Notes: generated by a model not told the origin, from the sequence alone. A DNA stretch of 56,808 nt from a virus (IMGVR_UViG_3300020202_000006:1-56808); one strand, 5' to 3'. Positions 35,272-44,710 are shown, counted from the first letter of the stretch. Numbers and translations are program-made.

Positions 35272-35684
35272 TGGAAGACAACGCCCCCATCTTCGAGGTC
35301 TCCAAGGTCACGGTCCCCGTGGGGATGGACGTGTCGGAGGCCGAGCGCGCCGTGGACGCCCTAGAGGAGCGGGTGGCGGCGCTGCACGCGCAGGCCGGCA
35401 AGGTGGGCGAAGCGCTGACCAAGGGCCTGGAGGCGGCGGAGGAGGCGGCGGGCCGGTTGCTGGAGACGCTGGGCAAGATGGCGGACATCCGCGTCCCCGA
35501 GATGCCCGAGGCCCAGGAGCCGCGGCGCGAGCCAGGCGGTGACGTGGAGGCGGCGCTCGACGACGAGTCGCGCCGGCCGGTGACGGACCAGGAGTTCCAG
35601 AACTTCCGCGCCGACTTCGAGAGGCGCCTGGACGAGATCGCCACGCTCCTGGGCAACATCGACGCGAACACGGAGGGCCGGTGA
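35271..35684 (+). CDS. Putative miniature tape measure protein (137 aa)
   Basis: N-terminal VTVPVGMDVSEAER and C-terminal LLGNIDANT resemble TMP termini; directly after the tube gene. Confidence 0.5.
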   Translation: MEDNAPIFEVSKVTVPVGMDVSEAERAVDALEERVAALHAQAGKVGEALTKGLEAAEEAAGRLLETLGKMADIRVPEMPEAQEPRREPGGDVEAALDDESRRPVTDQEFQNFRADFERRLDEIATLLGNIDANTEGR

Positions 35685-36431
35685 GTGCCCGCCGAACGCA
35701 TCAAGCCCGCCCAGTACGGCACGGCCCCGCGGACCCTGGCCTGGGAGACGTGGCGCGTCACCGACCGCAACTGGGACGACTGCCACGCCGACCCGCAGCT
35801 CCCCCAGCGCGGGACGCCCCACCCGGCCAACACCAACCTCGTGGTCTACGACATCCAGCCCTTCAAGGAGGTGCGGCCCGGCGTCCACTTCGTCCGGCTG
35901 CTCTACCTCCCGCCCAGCTTCAACCTGCCGCAGATCCGCGGGTCGGAGGCGGAGGTCACGGCCGACGAGGACTTCGAGCTTCCGGTCCTGTCGAGCGACA
36001 CGGGCACGGGCCCGCTCGCCCAGATCAAGCGGCGCTTCGTGAAGCGCGGGCGGATGATCTCGGTCGAGTCGCGGCTGGTGGGCGCGGGCGAGGGCGAGCT
36101 GCGCGCGGCCAAGTCGCTGCTGCTGAACAACCTGGGGTGCTGGTATCTGCTCCCCCGCGGGCAGACGTTCAACCAGATCCCCGGCATCCTGATCTCCTCG
36201 CGGCTGCGGCTGGACCGCTCGAACCTCGTCTTCGCCGACGTGCGGTTCCTGACGACGGGCTGGGTGCGGGCCATCCCCGCCGGCTCGTACCTGGGGCAGA
36301 CGCTCGCGCTCCCGGAGCTGCCCCCGCTGGCGGAGTACAACGCCGACTTCAACGCCAGCGGCGTCGCGTCCGTGGCCGTCAAGCTCTACACGGACATCTA
36401 CCGCCAAGGGCAGGTGATCCCGTGGCTCTAG
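35685..36431 (+). CDS. Putative tail tip/hub protein
   Basis: LPQRGTPHP motif; position after the TMP-like gene. Confidence 0.6.
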   Translation: MPAERIKPAQYGTAPRTLAWETWRVTDRNWDDCHADPQLPQRGTPHPANTNLVVYDIQPFKEVRPGVHFVRLLYLPPSFNLPQIRGSEAEVTADEDFELPVLSSDTGTGPLAQIKRRFVKRGRMISVESRLVGAGEGELRAAKSLLLNNLGCWYLLPRGQTFNQIPGILISSRLRLDRSNLVFADVRFLTTGWVRAIPAGSYLGQTLALPELPPLAEYNADFNASGVASVAVKLYTDIYRQGQVIPWL

Positions 36432-36781
36432 ACGCCGCCACCAACTTCGACGTGGCGATGGGCGTCGTGCGCACGGCGAGCGCCCAGGCCGGGCCCGCCG
36501 ACACGGTGCGGTACTCGGGCTACGCCATCTCGCTGGTCACGGGCGCCCAGTCGCCCTTCACGAACATGCTCCCGTACCGCTGGGGCGGCCCCTCGGACGT
36601 GATGATCCAGGCCGCGGCGCCCGCGGGGTCGCTCGCCATCGTCTCGGTGTACAACGGCACCCGCCGGCTCTACGTCTTCGAGGAGCGGTTCGAGCCCGCC
36701 GACTGCGACGACAACCCCGGCGCGCGGCAGGCCGCCGCGCTGGCCGCGGCCTTCGCCGCTCAGCCCGGAGGTGCGACGTGA
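36422..36781 (+). CDS. Putative tail protein
   Basis: GTG start; good codon bias. Confidence 0.6.
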   Translation: MALDAATNFDVAMGVVRTASAQAGPADTVRYSGYAISLVTGAQSPFTNMLPYRWGGPSDVMIQAAAPAGSLAIVSVYNGTRRLYVFEERFEPADCDDNPGARQAAALAAAFAAQPGGAT

Positions 36782-37134
36782 AGATCCTGCCCCCGCTCAA
36801 CCCGGGGAAGACGACCATCGACCTGGGCGTGCCCGAGGACGCACTGGACTACCGCGTGCCCAACGACGTGGAGCACGTCGTGGTGCAACGCGACATGCGC
36901 GACGGGGGCGCGTGGCCCACGGGCACCGTGCCGATCGTCACGCTCAAGCACAGCCTCGACGGCGGGAGTTATCACGCCTTCGCCGCCGGGGCCGTCACGT
37001 ACAACACCGAGGGCATCGGCGCGGCCGTGTCGGTCGTGCCGGGCTCGTACCTGCGTCTGTATGTCTCGACCATCGCGGCCTCCACCGGCGAGACCATGCG
37101 CCCGGTGCTCCGTGGGTACAAGGACACCGACTGA
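36778..37134 (+). CDS. Small beta-sandwich virion protein
   Basis: LKHSLDGGSY...YLRL motif. Confidence 0.65.
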   Translation: MKILPPLNPGKTTIDLGVPEDALDYRVPNDVEHVVVQRDMRDGGAWPTGTVPIVTLKHSLDGGSYHAFAAGAVTYNTEGIGAAVSVVPGSYLRLYVSTIAASTGETMRPVLRGYKDTD

Positions 37135-37150
37135 TTTTCGGGGGTGACTT

Positions 37151-38020
37151 ATGGCGAACTTTCGCTGGACAGGAGCTGCGGGCGACGGGAACATCCAGAC
37201 CGCGGGCAACTACGCGGGCGGTGCGGCGCCCAGCGCCGACGCCGACAACCTGTACTTCGACACCAACGTCGACCCGAACACGGGCCACCCGACGAACGGC
37301 ACGCTGGCGTTCGCCTTCGGCGAGATCGTCGTCTCCCCGGGCGTGAACGTCGCCATCGGCAACGACTCGGGACAGCCGACCTTCGGCGGCGCAGGCGACA
37401 CCATCCCGCTCATCCGCCTCGCGGGCACGGCCCGGCGCCACCGGCTGGCCTGCGGCGCCGACGCCGTGACCAGGCTCTCCTGCGAGCTGGGCACCGGCCA
37501 GCAGGTCCACCTCATCAGCGGGACCTACACCACGACCGTGGCCGAGCGGTGCGAGGTGCTGCCCGGCGCCTCCGCGGTCACCACGAACATCCGCGTCATG
37601 CGCGGCGGCAAGGTCGTGGCCGCCACGAACGGCACGGCCATCACGCTCCTGGAGCTGGACGACGCCTCCAGCGCCGAGGTGACGAGCCGCGCCATCACCA
37701 CGGTCTACGTCGAGGGGGCGTCGAACCTGACGACCAAGGGCTCGACGGTGGTGACGACCGGCCACTGCACGAGTGGTTCCACGTACAACAAGCAGTCGGC
37801 CGCCACCGACACGACCTGGAACCTCCGCGGCCGGGGCAGCAAGATCACCCCCGCGGGCTACGCGAGCCCGGCGACGGCCAACACCATCACGACCCTGAAC
37901 CGCCACGGCACGGCGACGCTCATCAAGAGCGCCGGCGGCGCCACACTGACCGTCACGAACGACAACCTCTTCGGCACCGAGTCGGACACCAACAACACGC
38001 CCATCACGTTCAACCCGTGA
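37151..38020 (+). CDS. Beta-helix-like tail fibre/adhesin
   Basis: WTGAAGDGN...AGNY..G..P...D.LYF cap followed by Thr/Gly-rich repeats. Confidence 0.65.
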   Translation: MANFRWTGAAGDGNIQTAGNYAGGAAPSADADNLYFDTNVDPNTGHPTNGTLAFAFGEIVVSPGVNVAIGNDSGQPTFGGAGDTIPLIRLAGTARRHRLACGADAVTRLSCELGTGQQVHLISGTYTTTVAERCEVLPGASAVTTNIRVMRGGKVVAATNGTAITLLELDDASSAEVTSRAITTVYVEGASNLTTKGSTVVTTGHCTSGSTYNKQSAATDTTWNLRGRGSKITPAGYASPATANTITTLNRHGTATLIKSAGGATLTVTNDNLFGTESDTNNTPITFNP

Positions 38021-38025
38021 GATGA

Positions 38026-39165
38026 ATGCAGCGTCCCCTGTACAGAGCCGGTGAGAGCGGGCGCCGCCGGTTGCACCGGGGCGGGAGGCCCGCCACCGAC
38101 GCGGCCAGGGACTGCTGCTGCGGGGAGGGCGAGTGGCACGCCCTGCACAACTGCTGCTTCCCCTCCCGGCGGGTCTGGGTGCTCGCCGACCGCGTCCCCG
38201 CCGGGTGCTCCGTCGTGGTCGCGCACCTCGACGGGAGCAACTGCTGGACCGTGGTGCGCTCGGGGCTCACGCGCGAGCAGGTGCTCGCCGTCGACCCCCG
38301 GGCGGTGTTCATCGAGCCGGGCCCGCCCTTCGAGTGCGCGCCCGACTGCGACGACGCCCGCTGCACGCCGCGGGCCGACTGCGACTGCTGCCTGTTCGCC
38401 GACGTGTCCCGCCCCTGCGGCTATCCCGGCGGCGAGAACACGACGGTCTGCTGCACCTACGGCCAGCGCTTCCGCGTGCGGTTCTACGGGACGCGGCGGG
38501 AGGTCTTCCGCACCTGGGGGTCCTCCAGCTCCATCTGCTGCCCGATGACCGCCGAGACCGTGACCAACACGGCCTGGGACGAGACGTACGAGTACCGCGT
38601 CGTCCCCGGCTGCACCTACGAGCGGGAGTGCCTGAACCGCTTCGTCACGGTGGTCACCCGCGGGTTCACGTCGGACCAGTCGCCCGGCGGCCCCCTGTGC
38701 GGCACCCGCAACCCGCCCTTCGAGAGCATCAACAACTACCGCTGTGACGAGGGCGGCCAGAGCGCCGTCGGCTGGAACTTCAGCGTCTCCCCGGCGGGCG
38801 GCCTCATCTACGGGGACGTGCGGAACCTCTCGCTGACGACGTGCCACTCCGACGTGGAGCCCCGGCCCTGCAACTTCTCCTGCCGGCAGACCACCACCGT
38901 CAACGGCATCGAGCACGTCAGCCACGAGCGGTCGGCCGAGGCCGGTTGCTTCGAGGGGCGGCTGACGCTCCGGGAGCTGTACCACCGCGACTTCGTCGTC
39001 GGTGACGACCAGCACCTGTGCAACGACTACGAGATCGGCCAGGAGGTCGTCTCCAACTTCCAGATCACGGTGAACGAGGAGTGCGCGCGGTCGCCGTGCT
39101 CGGGGCCGGACCGGCGCGGCCCGCGCGACGAGCCCCCGGCGCTGGGGACGGGGGACCTGCTATGA
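38026..39165 (+). CDS. Cysteine-rich putative tail/receptor-binding protein
   Basis: About 29 Cys in 379 aa, including CCC and several CC. Confidence 0.7.
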   Translation: MQRPLYRAGESGRRRLHRGGRPATDAARDCCCGEGEWHALHNCCFPSRRVWVLADRVPAGCSVVVAHLDGSNCWTVVRSGLTREQVLAVDPRAVFIEPGPPFECAPDCDDARCTPRADCDCCLFADVSRPCGYPGGENTTVCCTYGQRFRVRFYGTRREVFRTWGSSSSICCPMTAETVTNTAWDETYEYRVVPGCTYERECLNRFVTVVTRGFTSDQSPGGPLCGTRNPPFESINNYRCDEGGQSAVGWNFSVSPAGGLIYGDVRNLSLTTCHSDVEPRPCNFSCRQTTTVNGIEHVSHERSAEAGCFEGRLTLRELYHRDFVVGDDQHLCNDYEIGQEVVSNFQITVNEECARSPCSGPDRRGPRDEPPALGTGDLL

Positions 39166-39536
39166 CGTGCGGATGCGCCCCGGGCACCGTCCCTCTGCCC
39201 CCGGGCGCCCGGGAGGCGGCGGCGCTGTGCCACCTGTGCCTCTACGCGGAGCACGCGCCCGTGTCGGCGGCGGTCAAGGGCATGGTGGCCTGCACCCTCG
39301 ACGGCGCCCCGATGCTGGCGGCGGTGACGCGCCCGTGCCCGGCGGGGCTGCACCCCGACCGCGACGGCGTCGTGCGGTGGATGGGCGTGCGGTGGGAGGG
39401 CGTGCCGGCGCCGATCCGCTGGTGGCTCTGGGCGTTCCACCCCAGGCACCCCCGTCCCGGCTCGTTCGCGGGCTGCGGGTGCGTCCGGGTTCTGAAGCGG
39501 GCATGGCGGCGTTTGAGGGGAGCGAAGCATGGCTGA
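39162..39536 (+). CDS. Small cysteine-rich protein
   Basis: CGC, CHLC, CP and GCGC; ATGA coupling. Confidence 0.7.
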   Translation: MTCGCAPGTVPLPPGAREAAALCHLCLYAEHAPVSAAVKGMVACTLDGAPMLAAVTRPCPAGLHPDRDGVVRWMGVRWEGVPAPIRWWLWAFHPRHPRPGSFAGCGCVRVLKRAWRRLRGAKHG

Positions 39537-40404
39537 GGGCGTTCCGTTCTCTGTGCGCCGGGGCGGGTCCGGCGTCACCATCGTCACCCAGGACATCGCC
39601 TCCCGCGCGAGCTGGGAGCAGTGGTATCTGGTCCGCAGCGACGTGCACCACGACAACGCCAAGAGCAGGCGGGACCTGGAGCGGCGGCACCTCGAAGAGG
39701 CCCGCGCCCGCAACGCCGGCATCCTCGACATCGGCGACCTGTTCTGCGCCATGCAGGGCAAGTACGACAAGCGCTCGGACAAGGGGGCCCTGCGGGAGGA
39801 GCACAAGCAGGGCGACTACCTCGACGCGCTGGTGCGCACGGCGGCGGACTTCTACGAGCCCTTCGCCCGCCACTTCGTGATGATCGCCCCCGGCAACCAC
39901 GAGTCGTCGGTCCACGCCCGGCACGAGACGGACCTGACGACGCGGCTGGTGGAGCGGCTGAACGACAGGGCCGGGGCGGGCATCGTCCGCGGCGGGTACT
40001 CGGGCTGGGTGTGGTTCCAGTACACCCAGAGCGGCAAGGCCAAGGCGTCGCGGCGGCTCTGGTACATCCACGGCTACGGCGGGGGCGGGCCGGTCACCCT
40101 CGACACCATCCAGGCCCAGAGGCAGGCGGTCTACGTCGAGAACGCCGACTACATCGTGAGCGGGCACGTCCACGAGTGCTGGGCGGCCGAGCGGCCCCGC
40201 ATCCGCCTGGACATGGAGGGGAACGTCGAGACGCGGACGGTGTGGCTGGTCAAGTGCCCCACGTACAAGGACGAGTACGGCGCCGGGGAGGGCGGGTGGC
40301 ACGTCGAGACGGGCAAGGCGCCCAAGCCCCTGGGGTGCTGGTGGCTGCGTCACTGGTGGGACGGGGAGCGGGGGCTGCGCGAGCAATGGATACGGGCGGA
40401 CTGA
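39529..40404 (+). CDS. Calcineurin-like metallophosphoesterase
   Basis: SDVH, GDL, GNHE, HG and GHVH motifs. Confidence 0.85.
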   Translation: MAEGVPFSVRRGGSGVTIVTQDIASRASWEQWYLVRSDVHHDNAKSRRDLERRHLEEARARNAGILDIGDLFCAMQGKYDKRSDKGALREEHKQGDYLDALVRTAADFYEPFARHFVMIAPGNHESSVHARHETDLTTRLVERLNDRAGAGIVRGGYSGWVWFQYTQSGKAKASRRLWYIHGYGGGGPVTLDTIQAQRQAVYVENADYIVSGHVHECWAAERPRIRLDMEGNVETRTVWLVKCPTYKDEYGAGEGGWHVETGKAPKPLGCWWLRHWWDGERGLREQWIRAD

Positions 40405-40595
40405 TGCCGAGCGACCCCCCATGCCGCAACTGCAACCGCCGCGGGGCCGCCTTCGAGCGGGCCTGGTGCTGGGACTGTCTCAACCAGTTCATGGAGTGGC
40501 TGCACGAGCGCAAGTCGCTGCCGCTCTCGCCGGCGCGGCAGAAGGACGAGCAGCGGATGAAGGACCGGGGGCACAAGACGGAGCAGGAGCCATGA
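40404..40595 (+). CDS. Small zinc-finger protein
   Basis: CRNC...CWDC. Confidence 0.6.
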   Translation: MPSDPPCRNCNRRGAAFERAWCWDCLNQFMEWLHERKSLPLSPARQKDEQRMKDRGHKTEQEP

Positions 40596-40822
40596 GCGAC
40601 ACGACGCCCGAGCCCGCGCCCAAGCCCCGCAAGCACCCCACGGAGCGGGCGCTCACCATCCTGGCCGAGCACCACGCGGCGGCGGTCATCATCGTCGCCA
40701 ACCCGGCGCCCGACGGCGAGAAGGTGCTGCGGTTCATGCACGGCCCGCGGGTCTACTGCGAGGCGCTGGTGCGCGAGGCGGCGGCGCTGGTGGACCCCGA
40801 CGAGGGCGAGGACGAGGACTGA
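40592..40822 (+). CDS. Hypothetical protein
   Basis: ATGA coupling. Confidence 0.6.
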   Translation: MSDTTPEPAPKPRKHPTERALTILAEHHAAAVIIVANPAPDGEKVLRFMHGPRVYCEALVREAAALVDPDEGEDED

Positions 40823-41331
40823 TCCGTGGCGACCTCGACCTCGACACCGACGGCCTTCAGAGCGGCCAGGCAGACGGCGAGGGGCATGGCGTCTTCGTTG
40901 GCGTTGGCCCAGCGGCAGCCCGAGCCGATCTCGCATTGTCCGTGGACGCAGCCCGTGCCGTGCCGTCCGAACTCGACGGTGTGGAACCCGTCGCCATCGC
41001 CCATGCGGTACTCCCAGCCGTCCGCCCGCATCTTCTTCACCACCGACCACGCCGCGGCGGGATCAGTCGAGTATTCCGGCACCACGTCCACCCACGACAG
41101 CGGAACGCCGCCGATGGATTCGTCGTCCGTGGTGGGCACTTCGCCCACGGGCCAGAAGGGGCTCTGGGCCACTGGTTGCAGGTGGCACGACTCGCCGTCG
41201 TGGATGGGCTTGAGCCGGAGAATCCAGTCCCCATCAACGCCATATGCATGGACCTTCCCGAGCACCCTCAGCCCCATGATGTGCACGGCGACCAGCGCGT
41301 CGATCTCCCGCAACGTCTTCTTCTCGGCCAT
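40753..41331 (-). CDS. Phage ABA sandwich domain protein
   Basis: REIDALVA..IMG...PEYSTDPAAAWSVV...PLAVCLAALKA. Confidence 0.75.
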   Translation of the reverse strand: MAEKKTLREIDALVAVHIMGLRVLGKVHAYGVDGDWILRLKPIHDGESCHLQPVAQSPFWPVGEVPTTDDESIGGVPLSWVDVVPEYSTDPAAAWSVVKKMRADGWEYRMGDGDGFHTVEFGRHGTGCVHGQCEIGSGCRWANANEDAMPLAVCLAALKAVGVEVEVATDQSSSSPSSGSTSAAASRTSASQ

Positions 41332-41356
41332 GCTTGACTCCCTGAAAGGTTAGACC

Positions 41357-42022
41357 ATGCCCCTGCTCTATGCCGCCGCGTACGCCGTCGCCCTGCACCA
41401 GACGCCCGTGGTGCCCGAGCGCTTCGAGGCGTGGATCAACCCCGAGGCCGTCGCCGGCATCCCCGACGACCTCTCCGCCTTCGGCACCCGCCGCACCGTC
41501 GCCGGGGTGCTCTCCGTCCCCCTCCCCGCCCACATCCCCTCCTCCGCCGTCGAGGCGCTGGTCGTCACCCTCTACGGCTGGTCCGAGGGCCCCTGCGCCG
41601 TCACCATCGCCGTGGGCGCCGAGTCGGCGCGGGTGTGCAACGGGGGGTTCTCCGACACGGTGAGCTTTTCGGTGGAGTTCTCGCAATCGGCTCTTCTCGG
41701 CCCTGTTTCCGGCCTCGCGGTGACGGTGTCGATCGAGCCCCCGGGCGAGTGCGGGCCGGACCTGTTCGACTACGCCGGGGTCGACGCGCTGCTGGCGGAG
41801 GCGGTGTACCGCAAGTGCGAGGCGGACCTGGACAACGGGTCGGGGGTGGGCGTGCCCGACGGCGTGGTGGGCGTGGACGACCTGGCGTACGTGCTGGAGC
41901 GGTGGCCCGAGGGCGACCCGCGGTGCGACCTGGACGACGGGAGCGGGACGGGGGACAGCGACGGCGCCGTCACGGTCGATGACCTCCTGCACTTCCTGGA
42001 TCGGTACTCGCGGGGGTGCTAG
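41357..42022 (+). CDS. Secreted protein with C-terminal GC-type dockerin domain
   Basis: Signal-like N-terminus; CEADLDNGSGVG.PDG.V.VDDL and DLDDGSGTG..DGAVTVDDLLHFL...GC* duplicated EF-hand-like repeat. Confidence 0.8.
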   Translation: MPLLYAAAYAVALHQTPVVPERFEAWINPEAVAGIPDDLSAFGTRRTVAGVLSVPLPAHIPSSAVEALVVTLYGWSEGPCAVTIAVGAESARVCNGGFSDTVSFSVEFSQSALLGPVSGLAVTVSIEPPGECGPDLFDYAGVDALLAEAVYRKCEADLDNGSGVGVPDGVVGVDDLAYVLERWPEGDPRCDLDDGSGTGDSDGAVTVDDLLHFLDRYSRGC

Positions 42023-42212
42023 AGCCGTCGGCATTGGCCATTGCGGTCTCTTCGCGCACAAGGACGAGCAGCGCGAACGATGAAGCGACGACCGCGAACA
42101 CGCCGAACGCGATTGTCGTCCAGTCGGTCGATCGGCAGACGATCCACACGGCGAAGATGACGGCGAACGTCAGAACCAGCCGCAGCAGAAACAAGAAGGT
42201 CCTCATCTGCAT
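41970..42212 (-). CDS. Two-TM membrane protein
   Basis: AAGGAG SD; two hydrophobic segments. Confidence 0.6.
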   Translation of the reverse strand: MQMRTFLFLLRLVLTFAVIFAVWIVCRSTDWTTIAFGVFAVVASSFALLVLVREETAMANADGSSTPASTDPGSAGGHRP

Positions 42213-42222
42213 TCTCCTTTCG

Positions 42223-42690
42223 TCACCACGTTCTCACTATCCCCTCCACGTCGACGCCGTGCCGGTGACCCCCGGCGCTGCACTTGACCACGACGCGCCC
42301 GTCGTTGGGCGAGACCTCGGGGCACCCCCGCCGCATCGCGTGCCGCAGCAGCGCCCGGATCTGCCCGTCGCCCTCGTAGCTGCTCCGCCCCGGGCGCCGT
42401 GGGTCGTCCACCCACAGCCGGTCCCCGGGGCACCGCAGCACCCCCGGGGGCAGGCCGTACCACGCGCCCAGCTCCGCCACGGTGGCGTAGTCGGGCCACG
42501 AGGGGGCCTGCTGGTAGTCGTGGACGTACTGGATGAGCACGGTGCCGATGCCGCGGAGGTTGGTGGCGCAGCGGGTGCGCTGGGCGTGGAGCCGGGCGCG
42601 GGCCAGCCCGGGGGCCAGGACCGCCAGCAACAGGGCGATGGTGAGCACGACGATGAGCAGTTCGATGAGCGTGAACGCGCGCGTTCGCAT
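42223..42690 (-). CDS. Prepilin N-terminal cleavage/methylation protein (DUF1559-like, short)
   Basis: RAFTLIELLIVV..IALLLAVLAPGLARAR..A.R..C..NLR.IG.....Y..DY. Confidence 0.85.
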   Translation of the reverse strand: MRTRAFTLIELLIVVLTIALLLAVLAPGLARARLHAQRTRCATNLRGIGTVLIQYVHDYQQAPSWPDYATVAELGAWYGLPPGVLRCPGDRLWVDDPRRPGRSSYEGDGQIRALLRHAMRRGCPEVSPNDGRVVVKCSAGGHRHGVDVEGIVRTW

Positions 42691-42726
42691 GGTGTCCTCC
42701 CCGCGGGAACGCAGCGGATGGGTGGG

Positions 42727-43014
42727 TTATGCCTTGAGGGCGGCGCGGGCGATATCGCGCACGGCGTCCATGCGGTCGGGCAGGCTGATGACCCAATCGC
42801 AGTCCCGCAGGCGTTCCAGCGCCGCCCGCAGCCTGTCGCGTTCGGCGCGGAGGGCGTCGAGCTCGGCATAGAGAGGGTCGGCAACCTGCTCGACGGTGAG
42901 GCTGAGGCTCCGGACGTTGATGCACACGGTGTCGATGTTCTCAGGGTCGTCGGGCTCGCGGTCGCACACCGCCTGTATCAAAGCGTTGGCGAGGTCGAGG
43001 GTCCTATCGCTCAT
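42727..43014 (-). CDS. Hypothetical protein
   Basis: AAGGAG SD; LRAERDRLRAALE...ARAAL motif. Confidence 0.7.
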   Translation of the reverse strand: MSDRTLDLANALIQAVCDREPDDPENIDTVCINVRSLSLTVEQVADPLYAELDALRAERDRLRAALERLRDCDWVISLPDRMDAVRDIARAALKA

Positions 43015-43026
43015 GCATCTCTCCTT

Positions 43027-43845
43027 TCAGTTGTCATCCCCCGGCGCCGGCGACACGCCGGGCAGGGCCCTGGCAAAGTCCGTGGCCCGCACGCTCTCCC
43101 ACCGCACGACCTCCCACCGCTCGCCCGCCTCGTCCATCTGGATCCGGCCCGGCAGCCAGTCCACCACCGCGTCGTCGGGCTCCAGCAGCGACCGGACGTG
43201 CGCCACGTCGTCCTGGTACATCCCGTCGGGCAGCCACGTCCACGCGCCGTAGGTGTTGGGGAGCATCCTGATGGGCGAGAGCAGGACGCGCAGGGGCAGC
43301 CCCCACCACCGCGCCATCCTGATGTTGTGCCCGGCGAAGTCCCGCCAGTAGCGGTCGTAGTCCTCGCCCTTGCGGTAGAAGTCGAAGCAGACGAAGGCGC
43401 TGTTGGCCGCGGCGCCCATCTCCTTCAGGGCGGCGTACCCGCCCCTGACCGCCGCCTCGTAGGTCGCGGTGCTCAGGCCGTGGTAGTGCGGTCGGTGCAG
43501 GAGGTTGTAGAAGGACAGGGCCTGGCGGGCCTCGGCGTTCTGGCAGCGGCGGCCCATCTCGCGGGCCTTGAGGACGCAGGAGCGTGCGAGGGCCAGCGTG
43601 GGGGACTGGGTGGGGTCGGACTGCCAGAAGTCGGGGTGGGCGTCCGTGTACTCCACGTCGATGCAGAGTTCGACCCCGGCGAGGTCGTCGTCGATGAGGT
43701 CGAGCGTGTCGTAGTCGATGACCGGCGTGCCGTCGGGCCGGCGGGCGGTGATCTCGTTGGCGTAGACCATGCGCACGGGGGGGAGCGCCGGGGTCTGCGG
43801 GAAGTCCTCGATGCCGATGGCGTGGAGGCGCTGGGTGGTGGGCAT
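43027..43845 (-). CDS. Hypothetical protein (possible TIM-barrel-like enzyme)
   Basis: Strong codon bias; CIDVE and FDFY strand-like motifs. Confidence 0.7.
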   Translation of the reverse strand: MPTTQRLHAIGIEDFPQTPALPPVRMVYANEITARRPDGTPVIDYDTLDLIDDDLAGVELCIDVEYTDAHPDFWQSDPTQSPTLALARSCVLKAREMGRRCQNAEARQALSFYNLLHRPHYHGLSTATYEAAVRGGYAALKEMGAAANSAFVCFDFYRKGEDYDRYWRDFAGHNIRMARWWGLPLRVLLSPIRMLPNTYGAWTWLPDGMYQDDVAHVRSLLEPDDAVVDWLPGRIQMDEAGERWEVVRWESVRATDFARALPGVSPAPGDDN

Positions 43846-43920
43846 GGGGTCAGGGTCTCCGGGGTTGGGGCTGCGAATCGACGACCTGCTCTACTACCTC
43901 ACGCGGTTCGGGGAGGGGTG

Positions 43921-44283
43921 CTAGGGGGCGGCGTCATCCGGAACGCGCTGGATGTCCACACACACGCCGTCCGTGAACTTGGCGTTGAACTCAAACCAGC
44001 GGTCGCCGTCGTCTTCGTAGTGGTAGAAGTTGAGCATCCCGTGGTGGTTCTGGTCCACCACGCGCTCGGACCCCTTTACGCGACGGAGAATGGGAAGGCC
44101 GTTCGCGTCCTTCTCGTCATCAGGGACGCCCTCCATCTTGTAGCGATTGCAAACAAGACGCCCCTCCGCGGTTATTTCGTAGACCCAGAGGCAGCAGTCA
44201 AGGCCTTTCGTCTGAAAAGTCGGGTACGGCTTCTCCATCCCGGGAAGCGGCATGTGACACAGCACCTCATCAAACATTCCCAT
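43921..44283 (-). CDS. Conserved phage hypothetical protein
   Basis: MGMFD...FQTKGLDC....YEIT..GRL...FNAKFTDG. Confidence 0.75.
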   Translation of the reverse strand: MGMFDEVLCHMPLPGMEKPYPTFQTKGLDCCLWVYEITAEGRLVCNRYKMEGVPDDEKDANGLPILRRVKGSERVVDQNHHGMLNFYHYEDDGDRWFEFNAKFTDGVCVDIQRVPDDAAP

Positions 44284-44710
44284 CGGTCTTCTCCTCGCCC
44301 ACCGCCGCCGCGAAGGCGGCGAGGGCTTCAGCTAGTGCGGGGTGCTTCCCCGTTCCGTTGCAACGATGGCAGCGGTAATCCGGTGCCTGGGGAATCGGCA
44401 CGGTGCGGGCGTAGCAGACGGGGCACGGAAGGCTCGCCGCCGCCTCCACCACCGCCAGCAAAGCGGGCAGGGCGTTGCGGGCGAGAACATAGCCGCGTGC
44501 GTTGGGACCTGGCGCCCGGAAGTCGCCGTCGTAAAAGGACGCGATCCACTCCATCCCCGCCGGGTCGTCCGCGCTTGGGTTCGTTCCCGGCTCGGACATA
44601 ATGCACCAGCTCTCGTCCTTCGGCCTGGCGCTGATGTGCAGGGGCCCTTGCGTCCCGTGACGCAAAGCCTCCCGCAGCCTCGCAATCGCCGCCGTCACGT
44701 CGTCCATCAT
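44270..44710 (-). CDS. Ead/Ea22-like protein with zinc finger
   Basis: TQGPL...ARNALPALL followed by CPVC...CHRCNGTG. Confidence 0.6.
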   Translation of the reverse strand: MMDDVTAAIARLREALRHGTQGPLHISARPKDESWCIMSEPGTNPSADDPAGMEWIASFYDGDFRAPGPNARGYVLARNALPALLAVVEAAASLPCPVCYARTVPIPQAPDYRCHRCNGTGKHPALAEALAAFAAAVGEEKTDGNV

